Shown in pieces: positions 17,187-26,368 of a DNA stretch of 64,000 bases (the first letter of the stretch is position 1; the number at the start of each line of letters is the position of its first letter). A model generated the notes under the pieces. The model had not been told where the DNA came from. It was given only the letters and a program-made list of their open reading frames with translations, and did no database searches. Source of the DNA: an uncultured Clostridia bacterium (GTDB taxonomy: Bacteria > Bacillota > Clostridia > Christensenellales > UBA1242); the NCBI GenBank assembly GCA_946496065.1, contig CAMMFF010000005.1:11397-75396 (forward strand), written 5' to 3'. Both the position numbers and the translations under genes were made by a program.

Positions 17187-18461
17187 ATGGAAAATAAAAT
17201 AGTTGATATTTATGACATTTCTTACGAAGGTTCAGGAGTTGGAAAACTTGATGGGCAGGTTGTTTTTGTGCCAAAAACCTTGAAAGGTGAAAAGGTTGAA
17301 GTTTCAATTGTTAAGAAAAACAAATCTTTTTTGCTTTCGAAGTTGTGCAAAGTGCTTAGCCCAAGCAAGGAGAGAATTAATCCTAAGTGTCCATATTTTG
17401 AAAAATGTGGTGGCTGTGATTTTCAACATTGCAACTATCAAGTTGAACAAAATTTGAAAACCGAAATTTTAAGAAAAGAGATGGCAAAAGTTTGCTATAC
17501 TGGAGAAATTTCTTATCAACCGAGTGAAAGTAGATTCTCTTATCGAAATAAAATCAAGTTGGAATTTTTCAATGGCAAACTTGGTTATTTCAAAAGAAAA
17601 TCTCATTCATTTTTTGATGTTGAGTGTTGTCCTATTGCAACGGAACTGATTAACAAAACCATACCTGTAGTGAAAAGGTTTATTGCTTCAAATGATTGCT
17701 TTGGGCTTAAGAGTGTTTACTTCAAACAACTGCACTGGCATCTTGCAATTTGTTTTTTGTTTGACAAAAAAATGATAAAAAATGCACAAAAAATGATAAA
17801 AAACTTGAAAAATGTCGAAATTTTTGGTGATTTTTCAATTTATTTTGCATTTGGAGAGATTTTGGAAAGTGATTTGACAAAGATTTTTTGCGTGAAACAA
17901 GGAAACGAACTTAAGCAAGTCTATGATGAGATTGTCTTTGAATTTGATGTTTCTTCTTTCAATCAGGTCAATGATGAAATGGCAAAGAAATTGTATGATT
18001 ATGTTTCGTGCAACGTTGATGGGAAAAGGGTCGTTAATGCTTATTCAGGACAAGGACTTTTGACATACATTTTGTCCAGAAACGCAAAATTTGTGTATGG
18101 AATTGAATATCAAAAATCAGCACACATGAGTGCAGAAAAGATGAAAGAACAACTGCAAGAATACAAAATTGAAAATGTTTGTGGAAGAGTTGAAGATGAG
18201 ATTCCAAAAATTTTTAGAAGGGACAAAATTGATTTTGTTGTGCTTGATCCATCAAGAGAAGGGTGTGAACGCTCTGTTTTGAGTGAGATTAATCAAAGTG
18301 GTGTTGAAAAAATTGTGTATGTTTCTTGCAACTTTTCAACTTTGGTTAGAGATTTGAAAATTTTGAAAGATTTTTATGATATTGTGAGTGTCAAAATTTT
18401 TGATATGTTTCCTTGCACTGCGAATATGGAAACAGTCGTTATTTTGGGAAGAAAAGCATGA
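17187..18461 (+). CDS. rlmD: 23S rRNA (uracil-5-)-methyltransferase RlmD/RumA family
   Basis: TRAM-like N-terminus, 4Fe-4S Cys cluster (CPYFEKCGGCDFQHC), SAM-MTase core, and a C-terminal FDMFPCT catalytic Cys region. Confidence 0.8.
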   Translation: MENKIVDIYDISYEGSGVGKLDGQVVFVPKTLKGEKVEVSIVKKNKSFLLSKLCKVLSPSKERINPKCPYFEKCGGCDFQHCNYQVEQNLKTEILRKEMAKVCYTGEISYQPSESRFSYRNKIKLEFFNGKLGYFKRKSHSFFDVECCPIATELINKTIPVVKRFIASNDCFGLKSVYFKQLHWHLAICFLFDKKMIKNAQKMIKNLKNVEIFGDFSIYFAFGEILESDLTKIFCVKQGNELKQVYDEIVFEFDVSSFNQVNDEMAKKLYDYVSCNVDGKRVVNAYSGQGLLTYILSRNAKFVYGIEYQKSAHMSAEKMKEQLQEYKIENVCGRVEDEIPKIFRRDKIDFVVLDPSREGCERSVLSEINQSGVEKIVYVSCNFSTLVRDLKILKDFYDIVSVKIFDMFPCTANMETVVILGRKA

Positions 18462-18538
18462 TTTTTTGTTGATCTTTTTGATTGGTTTTAAACTAAAAAA
18501 GTGCCACATATAATATTTAAAAAAATTTAACTATTTTA

Positions 18539-18567
18539 TTGACATAAATTTTTGACTATGTTATCAT
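18539..18567 (+). promoter_or_regulatory. promoter of the 18.7-26.2 kb operon
   Basis: TTGACA (18539-18544), 17 nt, TGT-TATCAT (18562-18567). Confidence 0.5.
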
Positions 18568-18675
18568 ATAAATTGAAATCATATATAGTGAAATTTTAAC
18601 TGAAATTGAAGGTAAAAAATATATGATAATAGATTGAATTTGAGGTTGTCTGTGACACTTTTTAATAAGAAGATT

Positions 18676-19611
18676 ATGGGTTATATTTTGATTTTTGCCA
18701 TCGCAGTGATGACAGGCCTTGCTGTCGGCAAAATTTATGTTGATAACTTGGAAGCACCTTCAACAGTAAGTGCGGAAGAATCTTCGCTGAGAGAAGCTGA
18801 AGCAACAATCAAAGAATGGGTTGATAGAGCAGAAAAAAGAGAAGAAAGTGGTGAGTCTATTGATTCTTTCACGGTTGTTCAGCTTTACAATATTGCCGAA
18901 TATAAACTCACTCATTCTGAAGATTATTATTCTGGAAAGTTTTTCAAACTTATGACCGGAGTTGTTAATGCTCCTATGGGGATTAAACAGCAAATGAGAA
19001 GTGAGAAAATTTATGACAATGGAACTTTCCTTTATAACAAATTGAGTCCTTCCACTTCAAGTTTGGCACCTGCAATTTGTTCAAGAGTTGTTTATGACAA
19101 AAATTCTGGAGTGATCAAAATCAATCCAAAAGGAACATTTGATGAAGGTGCAGATGTTATCACAGGCATTTTTGACAAAAACAATTATGATGAATATACA
19201 TTGGAAGAGTATAAATCAATTTTCAACACTGAGCCTTCCACCGTTATGCCTTACATCATTTCAACGATAACTTGTGGACAAAACAAAGTTGGTCCTGTGA
19301 CAAAAAATGCAGATGGGACATATTCTTTCAGCATTGCAATCGACGGTGATTATCTTGCTTTGGCTGCTCTTTATTATTCTTATGAAATTAAGTTTTCAAG
19401 TGGTATGGCAGACCCTCCAAAGTGGATTTCTTTGAATATGAATGTAACTATTGATGAGAATTTCAATTTCGTTGGCATTGATTATACTGAAGTTTACAAA
19501 ATGAATGTTTCTGGAATCGGCATGATGACAGTTACTGATGAGTTTTCTGATCAGTTCTTCTTTGGAGAAGATGCTCCAGAAATTGGTGATGAGATCAAGG
19601 AGGTGTTATGA
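18676..19611 (+). CDS. orphan membrane-anchored protein (311 aa)
   Basis: N-terminal helix ILIFAIAVMTGLAVGKIYV. Its stop TGA overlaps the ATG of the giant gene. An alternative TTG start lies at 18634. No family recognised. Confidence 0.7.
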   Translation: MGYILIFAIAVMTGLAVGKIYVDNLEAPSTVSAEESSLREAEATIKEWVDRAEKREESGESIDSFTVVQLYNIAEYKLTHSEDYYSGKFFKLMTGVVNAPMGIKQQMRSEKIYDNGTFLYNKLSPSTSSLAPAICSRVVYDKNSGVIKINPKGTFDEGADVITGIFDKNNYDEYTLEEYKSIFNTEPSTVMPYIISTITCGQNKVGPVTKNADGTYSFSIAIDGDYLALAALYYSYEIKFSSGMADPPKWISLNMNVTIDENFNFVGIDYTEVYKMNVSGIGMMTVTDEFSDQFFFGEDAPEIGDEIKEVL

Positions 19612-22600
19612 TGGAAGAACCTATCAGAAAACACCATGATCTATTTCCTCGTATGTTTAAGGTGTTCACACTTTATTTCGTGATTACACTTTCTGTTTTC
19701 TTTGGCTACGTGCAAATCTTTGGTGATGTTAAGCCAAATGTTATCACCATTCCAACTGATGACGCAGACGCAGAAAATGACACGTTGTTTGGGCAGTTTG
19801 TTGAAAAAATTGCAGAATTTGAAAATATTGATACGGACTTTGATTTGACGTTGGAAAACCCTGATTTCAGTTTGTCTGCTCAAGGAAATGTTGTCTTTGA
19901 CATGGGCATGGGGAACATGTCTCTTGATGTTGATTTGATTTATAATCAACAAAATTTTGACGTGCAAGTTTCTTATGTTTCACCAAATGTTTATTTATCT
20001 ATTGATGACAGCACTTACAAATTTGATGCTTCAGGTGACTTTGACTTGAGTTCTTTGCTTGATTTTGTGATGAACAATATTGAAATTGACCCAAGTTTTA
20101 TTGAAAGCATTGAAAAGTTTTTGGGTTTTGATTTGACTGATTTTGATCCAAACACATTGCTCACCAAACTTAAAATTGAGGAAAGTCAAAACGAAGAAAA
20201 TGGAGACATTACATTCGTTATTGGGCTGGGCAATATCAGTGCAAGAATGGTTTGTGACACAGAGTTCAACATCAAATCAATCAAGTTGAAGGACATTTTG
20301 GTTGCCGGTAACACAGTGAAATTTGGTGCAAACGTCAACAGAATGAACAAAGATGATGTTGTGGTTGAATACACAGAAACTGGTGACGAAATTGATATGT
20401 CCGGCATCACTCTTTACACCAATTACGCTCAAAATATGTTTGTTAATGATTTTGTGGTGTCAAATGTTGCAATCAGTGTTGATGACAAGACTTATTATGC
20501 AAATGTATATCTTGATAATTCAAATTCTACAAAAGTGAAAGTTGAAACTTCTTTGGAAGGAATTGATGTTTCATTGGTTTACTCCGATAATGTCATTTAT
20601 GCTGATGTTGCAAGCTTGAAGTTGAGTTTTAATGTTGAAGATTATTCTGTTTGGGAAAGCACTATCAATGAGATTTTTGAAAAATATACATCAAAAACTG
20701 TTTCTCAAATTGTTTCTGATTTGATTTCTCAGTATATTGGAATCAATGGAGAAAACATTGATGTTCAACAAGTTATGTTGCAAATTTTGGGTGGCGTGTT
20801 TGATAATGCTGAAAGCATTTCTGATTATCTGCCTTCATCAACTGAAATGACAGAAAATGCCTTTTCAATGACTTGGAACAATGGACTTATAATCAATTTA
20901 AACAGCAATGACAATCAACTTACTGGTTTGAATGTGACATTTGACAAAGTTGACATAGATGCAAACTTTGAGATTGTAGAAAATGGATTTGAAATTGCTG
21001 GAGATTATTATGACTTGTCAAATTTGCTTCCACTTTCAGATGTTGTAGATGACATTTTGGGAGCGGAACAGTTTGGTGGTCAAGCAAAAATCACAATAGA
21101 TGGCTTCGTTATTGATGTAAATTATGTAGTTGATTTTTCAAATGGAATATTGGCAAAGATTTCAACACAGATTTTTGGTGAAAACATTTCAATTTACATC
21201 AACAACAACCAAATTTTCTTTGAAGTTGGAGAGATCGTTGTTGAAGGCAATATTGATGATTTGGAGAATTATATTGCAAGAATTGACAGCATCTTTGGAT
21301 TCAACCTGGCAGAACAGATTGGAAATTCAAATGTTGAGATTGACATTGAAAGATTGATTAAAAGACTATCTGAAATTTTGAATGAGTTGAAATTGGTTGA
21401 ATCAGAGGGAGTGATTGCATTGATTGAATATTTGTCAAATAAGGCTTATATTTCAATTGATGGAAATAATGTTGTTCTAACTTTTGAAAATCAAACAATT
21501 TCTGCTGAAGCTTATGTTGGTGCGACCAATGAAACAATCATTCTTCCTTCTGCAACTGACAACACTGATGATGTTTTGAACAAGATAGAAAATGTTAAGA
21601 ATTACATTGAAACAAAACAATATGCTTTTGAGTTTGTTGTTTCTTATGAAGAATTATATCTTTCTGGCGCCATTCAAATAGATTTGAAAAACAACACTTT
21701 TGCGATTTATGATGTTGTAATTGGTGGGAACAAATTATCAATCAAGTATGCGGACAACACTGCGTATGTTGATTATGCTGATTTAAAATTCAAGTTGCAA
21801 ACTGAGAATTTGATGCAAATTTTTGACATCATAAATTCAATTTTGAAAGCGAATGGAATGAACGAAAGCGTTGACATTTCATCTGCTTTGACTGAAATTT
21901 TTGGAGAAGATGTAAGCGAATTATCGTTGCAAGAATTTTTGGCATTGATTGAGATTGATGTTGCAGGAAGTCTTGACGAACTTAAGCTTGATCTGAAAAT
22001 TAATTCTGAAAATGTTGTTCATGCAACTGGAAACATTAGTTTTGTTGATGATATGATTGACAGCATAGACCTGCTTGTTAATGGCAAAATCAACATGACC
22101 CTTAATGTTGTTCCTTTTGAAACTTATGAAATTTCGGATGCGGAATATTACAATTTGACAAGTGCAAACAAAGGAACTGTCACATTGTCATATCAAAAAG
22201 ATGACGAAAAGGTTGATGTTGTTGCAAATGTCGAAATTGATTTGACGGATAAGATTTATGTTAAACTTTCAACAAAAGTTTTGAATGAAAAGTTTGAACT
22301 TACAATTTACAATAATATGCTTTATGCTCAAATTGGAAAGTTGTGTTTTGCTACAAACTTTGAAAACGCAAAAGAACTTTATGACTATATTGTTGATTTA
22401 TTTGCCGTAACCATTCCTGAAATTGACATTGAGAATGTTTTAAAAGATGTTGGCTTGAATTCTGTAAACATTTTTGACATTGCTGGCTTGAATATTTTTG
22501 GCGACAACGAAAAGTTGCAGGTTGAATATGTCATCAATGACAATTTGAAAGTTGCATTGAATTTGCTTGATGAGCAAACAATCGAAGAAATTTCTGTTCC

Positions 22601-25600
22601 TGAACAATATGAAGACTTGAAAGTGCTTTTGCCAAAAATAAAGTCTTTGATTGATTATGTTCAGAGAGGAGTTTTTGAATTTGATTTCAGTCTTGCATAC
22701 AACACTTTGACCTTTGACGGAACATTTAAATATTTTGATGGCAATTTTGAAATTTCAAACATGATTGCATTTGGAGAAAATATCTTTGTCAGATTGCAAG
22801 ATGGAACATTGTATTTTGCGTTTGGCAACATGAAACTTAAATTTGATTTGACAAATGCGTCAACATCAAATGTTGACATTTTTGAAGCAATAAACAAAAT
22901 TACCTCTGACTCATTTGGTGTTGTTATTGATTTCGGTGTCTTTGAAGAGTTGCTCAACATTATTAATACTTACACTTTGGAAGATTATTTAAACAAGATT
23001 GACTTGGATATTTCTGGAAATTCTGACTTGATCAATGTTGTCATTTCAAACAAGAAAGAATATTCAGTTTCTAAAATTTTGAGCGCAGAAATTGGATTTG
23101 CCACAAATGATGTTAAAAACATTAATTTAAGCATCTATGACGTCATCAAAGCACAACTTTCTTTGAGAAAAACTGATGTTTCAACAATTTCTGAATTTGA
23201 TGATGAAGACTATCAAGACTATTCCGAAAACTTTGTAGATGGTGTTTTGGATAGTTTGAGAGTTGAAGATGGCGTTTATGCATTTAACAGTGACATTGCA
23301 ATAAGATATAGCAACAACCAATTCTATGGCGAACTGGTGGCAATGCTTGTTGAAAGTGAAAATGGCGTTGTTGGGAATTATATGCCAGCGGTTTCTCTTT
23401 ACACCACATCACTTGGTCTTAACAGTTATATCTATTTGATTGGAAAAGATATCTATGTTGACATCAATGGTTTGCAGGTGACAGCTGATTTGAGTGAAAC
23501 AACAATTAATGAAATCATTGATTTTGTTGAACAAAACTTTGGATTGTCATTGACTGGAAATGCTGAAATTTTGGAAACAACAACAGAAGCGTTTAAAGTT
23601 ATTTTACCTGCTCTTGACAGCATCTATGGCTCTTGGATTTCTGGAGATATTGGTGGTGGACTTCAGATTGATATAAACAGCGATTTGTGGTATGCAGAAA
23701 ATGCAAGATTTTATGATATCGTTGTTCAAGCTTTTGTTCAAAACCTTGAAAATATAATTGTGCCAACAAAACTTGTTTTGGGTGCAAACATCGAAGATGA
23801 AAACACTGAAGTTTATGATGATTACAGTGAATATTGGTTGAAAGATGGAGATGTTGTTATTGAAGATGTTGCAACAAGAGATTTGAATTTTGCTGTTTAT
23901 TTGAACAACATTTCAGTTGGCAGATTTGTTAATGATCTTGGAGCAACTTTCATTGGCGGAGAGAATGGGTTCAAAGAAATTGTTGGAGTTAGGTCAAATT
24001 ATGGTTCAAGCTTGCTTACAGATTTCAATTCATACAAAACTTTGTTAAATTTTGTTGAAACAGTTTATGACTACGCAATGACATATCAATATGGTGTTGA
24101 TGTGACAGGAACAATTGTTTCTGACAGTTCAACAATTGAGATAACAAGGGGAGATGTTTATTTTGAAGTTGGAGATTTGCCAGAAGGACAGACAACTCAA
24201 TTTGAATTTATTGAAGGCAAATCAATCAATCTTCAAGGTGGGTTCACAATCATAAACAATGGATCATCATTCTCAATTGATTTGATGTATGAAAGTTTGA
24301 AATCAAATGATATCTATTTGACATATTCTTTGACAGACACAAACAAATTCCGTGCAAAAATCAATGATTCAAGTTTTGAAGATATTCTCAGAGTCATTCA
24401 AAAAGTTTTAGGCTCACAAGGTGATGATTTGCAAGACAGTATCACGCAAATTGATCAGATTTTAAGTTCAATTACAAACTTAACTCAAGTCTTCAAAGAA
24501 ATTAATTTGAAATCCGACGAACAGACAGGACAAACAATTCTTCAAATTAAGTTGGACATTGAAGGAAACGGAGACTGCGGAATTGTCAAAGTTGTTCTTG
24601 GCGAAGATGCTGATGGAACGAGCAAATTGAAGAAGATATCAATTTCTGATTTGACGATTGCTGGAAACACAATCAATCTTGAAATTAATGTAAATAATTC
24701 TCGTGATGAAGCTTTTGATTATCTGGCAGAAAATCCAGCTGATAAACATATTGATTTTTCTGGCGCAAACGAACTTATTAATGCTTTGGTTAATACTTCT
24801 GAGTTGAATTATTATGAAATTGATGGAAGTTTGAATATCAACGGAAATTTGGTTGGAATCAACATCAATTGGAATGTTCCAATCAATGTCAAAATCAAAC
24901 TTGATGAAGAAAGAAAACCTGAAGTTATGGCAGTTATTGGAGAGATTCCTGCCGTAATTGGAATCAATAATGACGTGCCTTATGAATTTGGTGACACAGA
25001 AAGTGGCTCAGGAAGAATGCTCTATATCTATTATAAAGATGGATATGTTTACTTCTACAGAACAGAATATGTGGACATAATGTTTGGTGCTTCAAAGCGT
25101 CAATATGAAAAGAAACTTAAGGTTTCAATTGAAGAAGTTTTGAGTGATCCATTGAAATATGTTCAATACGGAATTGGCTTTACTGACATGATTATTGAAG
25201 CAATTCAAGCTTCATTGGATTTGGCAAAAGGACACACTCCAGATCTTGGAAATGTCGTAAAATCATTCACTGCAAATGATTCTCAGAATTTCAGTGTTGT
25301 GCTTAACATGGCAGAAATTACGAATGACCCTAAACTTGACACAATGTCAATTGGCTTGAGTGTTGTCAATAATGAGGCGACTGGCAACAAGAATTACATT
25401 GGAAAGGCAACATTCAATATGTTTATGCCACTTGCAGATATCTTTGAAATGACCCTCGAAAGCAACGATTTGGTGCTTAAGGACATCGGAAAAGAACTTG
25501 ATTTTTCTGCACTTTACGAATTTGTTGATTCTTACACATACAATGAAGGGGCACAATGGCAAGCTTCAAATGGTGAGTGGGAATTAGCGAGTGAAACTCT

Positions 25601-26186
25601 GTACAAAATTTCATTCAAAGAAAATGGTGGTGCCGAATTTGAAGATATTGTTCAAGCTGCAGGAACACAGATAACTTTGCCAACTTACAGCGAAAACTTG
25701 ATTGTTAATGATATTGAAAACAACACCAAGTATGTTTACGAATTTGCGGGTTGGTACACCACAGAAACGTTTGATGAAAACACAAGGTTTTCTGCAGATA
25801 CAATGCCTCGAACAAACACCGTCCTTTACGCAAAGTGGAATTTGATAGATACAATTGTGACACATTATTACACATTGTCGTTCAATGTGAATGGTGGAAA
25901 TGAAACTTACGGTGATGTGAGTGTTGCAGAAAATACAGTGTTTGATTTGAGCAGTTATGTTCCAACAAAAAACACTGAATACGTCGATAAAGGTTACAAC
26001 TGGGTTGGTTCAAACGCAGGAAAATGGACGTATGAAGTCACACGCTACACTTTCGCAGGTTGGTACACTGACAGCAATTATTCTCAGAAATTTGACGGAA
26101 CGATGCCAAGTGAAAACCTTACACTTTATGCAAAGTGGGAAGCAACGACGACAACTGAATATTATTACAATTGGGAAAGACCATAA
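19608..26186 (+). CDS. giant (2192 aa) membrane-anchored repeat protein with two C-terminal Listeria/Bacteroides-type (Flg_new-like) repeats
   Basis: AAGGAGG at 19597-19603. N-terminal TM (FKVFTLYFVITLSVFFGYVQIF). About 8 periodic modules. C-terminal F.GWY...MP...LYAKW repeats at nt ~25602-26142. Confidence 0.85.
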   Translation: MMEEPIRKHHDLFPRMFKVFTLYFVITLSVFFGYVQIFGDVKPNVITIPTDDADAENDTLFGQFVEKIAEFENIDTDFDLTLENPDFSLSAQGNVVFDMGMGNMSLDVDLIYNQQNFDVQVSYVSPNVYLSIDDSTYKFDASGDFDLSSLLDFVMNNIEIDPSFIESIEKFLGFDLTDFDPNTLLTKLKIEESQNEENGDITFVIGLGNISARMVCDTEFNIKSIKLKDILVAGNTVKFGANVNRMNKDDVVVEYTETGDEIDMSGITLYTNYAQNMFVNDFVVSNVAISVDDKTYYANVYLDNSNSTKVKVETSLEGIDVSLVYSDNVIYADVASLKLSFNVEDYSVWESTINEIFEKYTSKTVSQIVSDLISQYIGINGENIDVQQVMLQILGGVFDNAESISDYLPSSTEMTENAFSMTWNNGLIINLNSNDNQLTGLNVTFDKVDIDANFEIVENGFEIAGDYYDLSNLLPLSDVVDDILGAEQFGGQAKITIDGFVIDVNYVVDFSNGILAKISTQIFGENISIYINNNQIFFEVGEIVVEGNIDDLENYIARIDSIFGFNLAEQIGNSNVEIDIERLIKRLSEILNELKLVESEGVIALIEYLSNKAYISIDGNNVVLTFENQTISAEAYVGATNETIILPSATDNTDDVLNKIENVKNYIETKQYAFEFVVSYEELYLSGAIQIDLKNNTFAIYDVVIGGNKLSIKYADNTAYVDYADLKFKLQTENLMQIFDIINSILKANGMNESVDISSALTEIFGEDVSELSLQEFLALIEIDVAGSLDELKLDLKINSENVVHATGNISFVDDMIDSIDLLVNGKINMTLNVVPFETYEISDAEYYNLTSANKGTVTLSYQKDDEKVDVVANVEIDLTDKIYVKLSTKVLNEKFELTIYNNMLYAQIGKLCFATNFENAKELYDYIVDLFAVTIPEIDIENVLKDVGLNSVNIFDIAGLNIFGDNEKLQVEYVINDNLKVALNLLDEQTIEEISVPEQYEDLKVLLPKIKSLIDYVQRGVFEFDFSLAYNTLTFDGTFKYFDGNFEISNMIAFGENIFVRLQDGTLYFAFGNMKLKFDLTNASTSNVDIFEAINKITSDSFGVVIDFGVFEELLNIINTYTLEDYLNKIDLDISGNSDLINVVISNKKEYSVSKILSAEIGFATNDVKNINLSIYDVIKAQLSLRKTDVSTISEFDDEDYQDYSENFVDGVLDSLRVEDGVYAFNSDIAIRYSNNQFYGELVAMLVESENGVVGNYMPAVSLYTTSLGLNSYIYLIGKDIYVDINGLQVTADLSETTINEIIDFVEQNFGLSLTGNAEILETTTEAFKVILPALDSIYGSWISGDIGGGLQIDINSDLWYAENARFYDIVVQAFVQNLENIIVPTKLVLGANIEDENTEVYDDYSEYWLKDGDVVIEDVATRDLNFAVYLNNISVGRFVNDLGATFIGGENGFKEIVGVRSNYGSSLLTDFNSYKTLLNFVETVYDYAMTYQYGVDVTGTIVSDSSTIEITRGDVYFEVGDLPEGQTTQFEFIEGKSINLQGGFTIINNGSSFSIDLMYESLKSNDIYLTYSLTDTNKFRAKINDSSFEDILRVIQKVLGSQGDDLQDSITQIDQILSSITNLTQVFKEINLKSDEQTGQTILQIKLDIEGNGDCGIVKVVLGEDADGTSKLKKISISDLTIAGNTINLEINVNNSRDEAFDYLAENPADKHIDFSGANELINALVNTSELNYYEIDGSLNINGNLVGININWNVPINVKIKLDEERKPEVMAVIGEIPAVIGINNDVPYEFGDTESGSGRMLYIYYKDGYVYFYRTEYVDIMFGASKRQYEKKLKVSIEEVLSDPLKYVQYGIGFTDMIIEAIQASLDLAKGHTPDLGNVVKSFTANDSQNFSVVLNMAEITNDPKLDTMSIGLSVVNNEATGNKNYIGKATFNMFMPLADIFEMTLESNDLVLKDIGKELDFSALYEFVDSYTYNEGAQWQASNGEWELASETLYKISFKENGGAEFEDIVQAAGTQITLPTYSENLIVNDIENNTKYVYEFAGWYTTETFDENTRFSADTMPRTNTVLYAKWNLIDTIVTHYYTLSFNVNGGNETYGDVSVAENTVFDLSSYVPTKNTEYVDKGYNWVGSNAGKWTYEVTRYTFAGWYTDSNYSQKFDGTMPSENLTLYAKWEATTTTEYYYNWERP

Positions 26187-26188
26187 TA

Positions 26189-26225
26189 AAAAGAAGTTTC
26201 TTTCACGTAACTTCTTTTTATTTTA
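26189..26225 (+). terminator. intrinsic terminator
   Basis: AAAAGAAGTT / AACTTCTTTT stem followed by a T-rich tail. Confidence 0.65.
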
Positions 26226-26339
26226 TTATTCTTCTGTATCATTCATTGTGGTTGAATTTTTGACAAGGAAGATAATTTTGTTGTCTTTTTATTTTTAATG
26301 CAAAAACAATGGCGAGCAAGAATAAGGTTAAAAGAGAGA

Positions 26340-26368
26340 AGAGAAAGAAAAAAGAGCATTTAGCTCTT
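26340..26368 (-). terminator. weak terminator overlapping the metG stop
   Basis: AAGAGC / GCTCTT stem followed by TTTTTCTTTC on the minus strand. Confidence 0.4.

Noticed and set aside
19608-26186. Diversity-generating retroelement or retron associated with the giant genes
   Set aside because: There is no reverse-transcriptase ORF and no template/variable repeat pair visible anywhere in the window.
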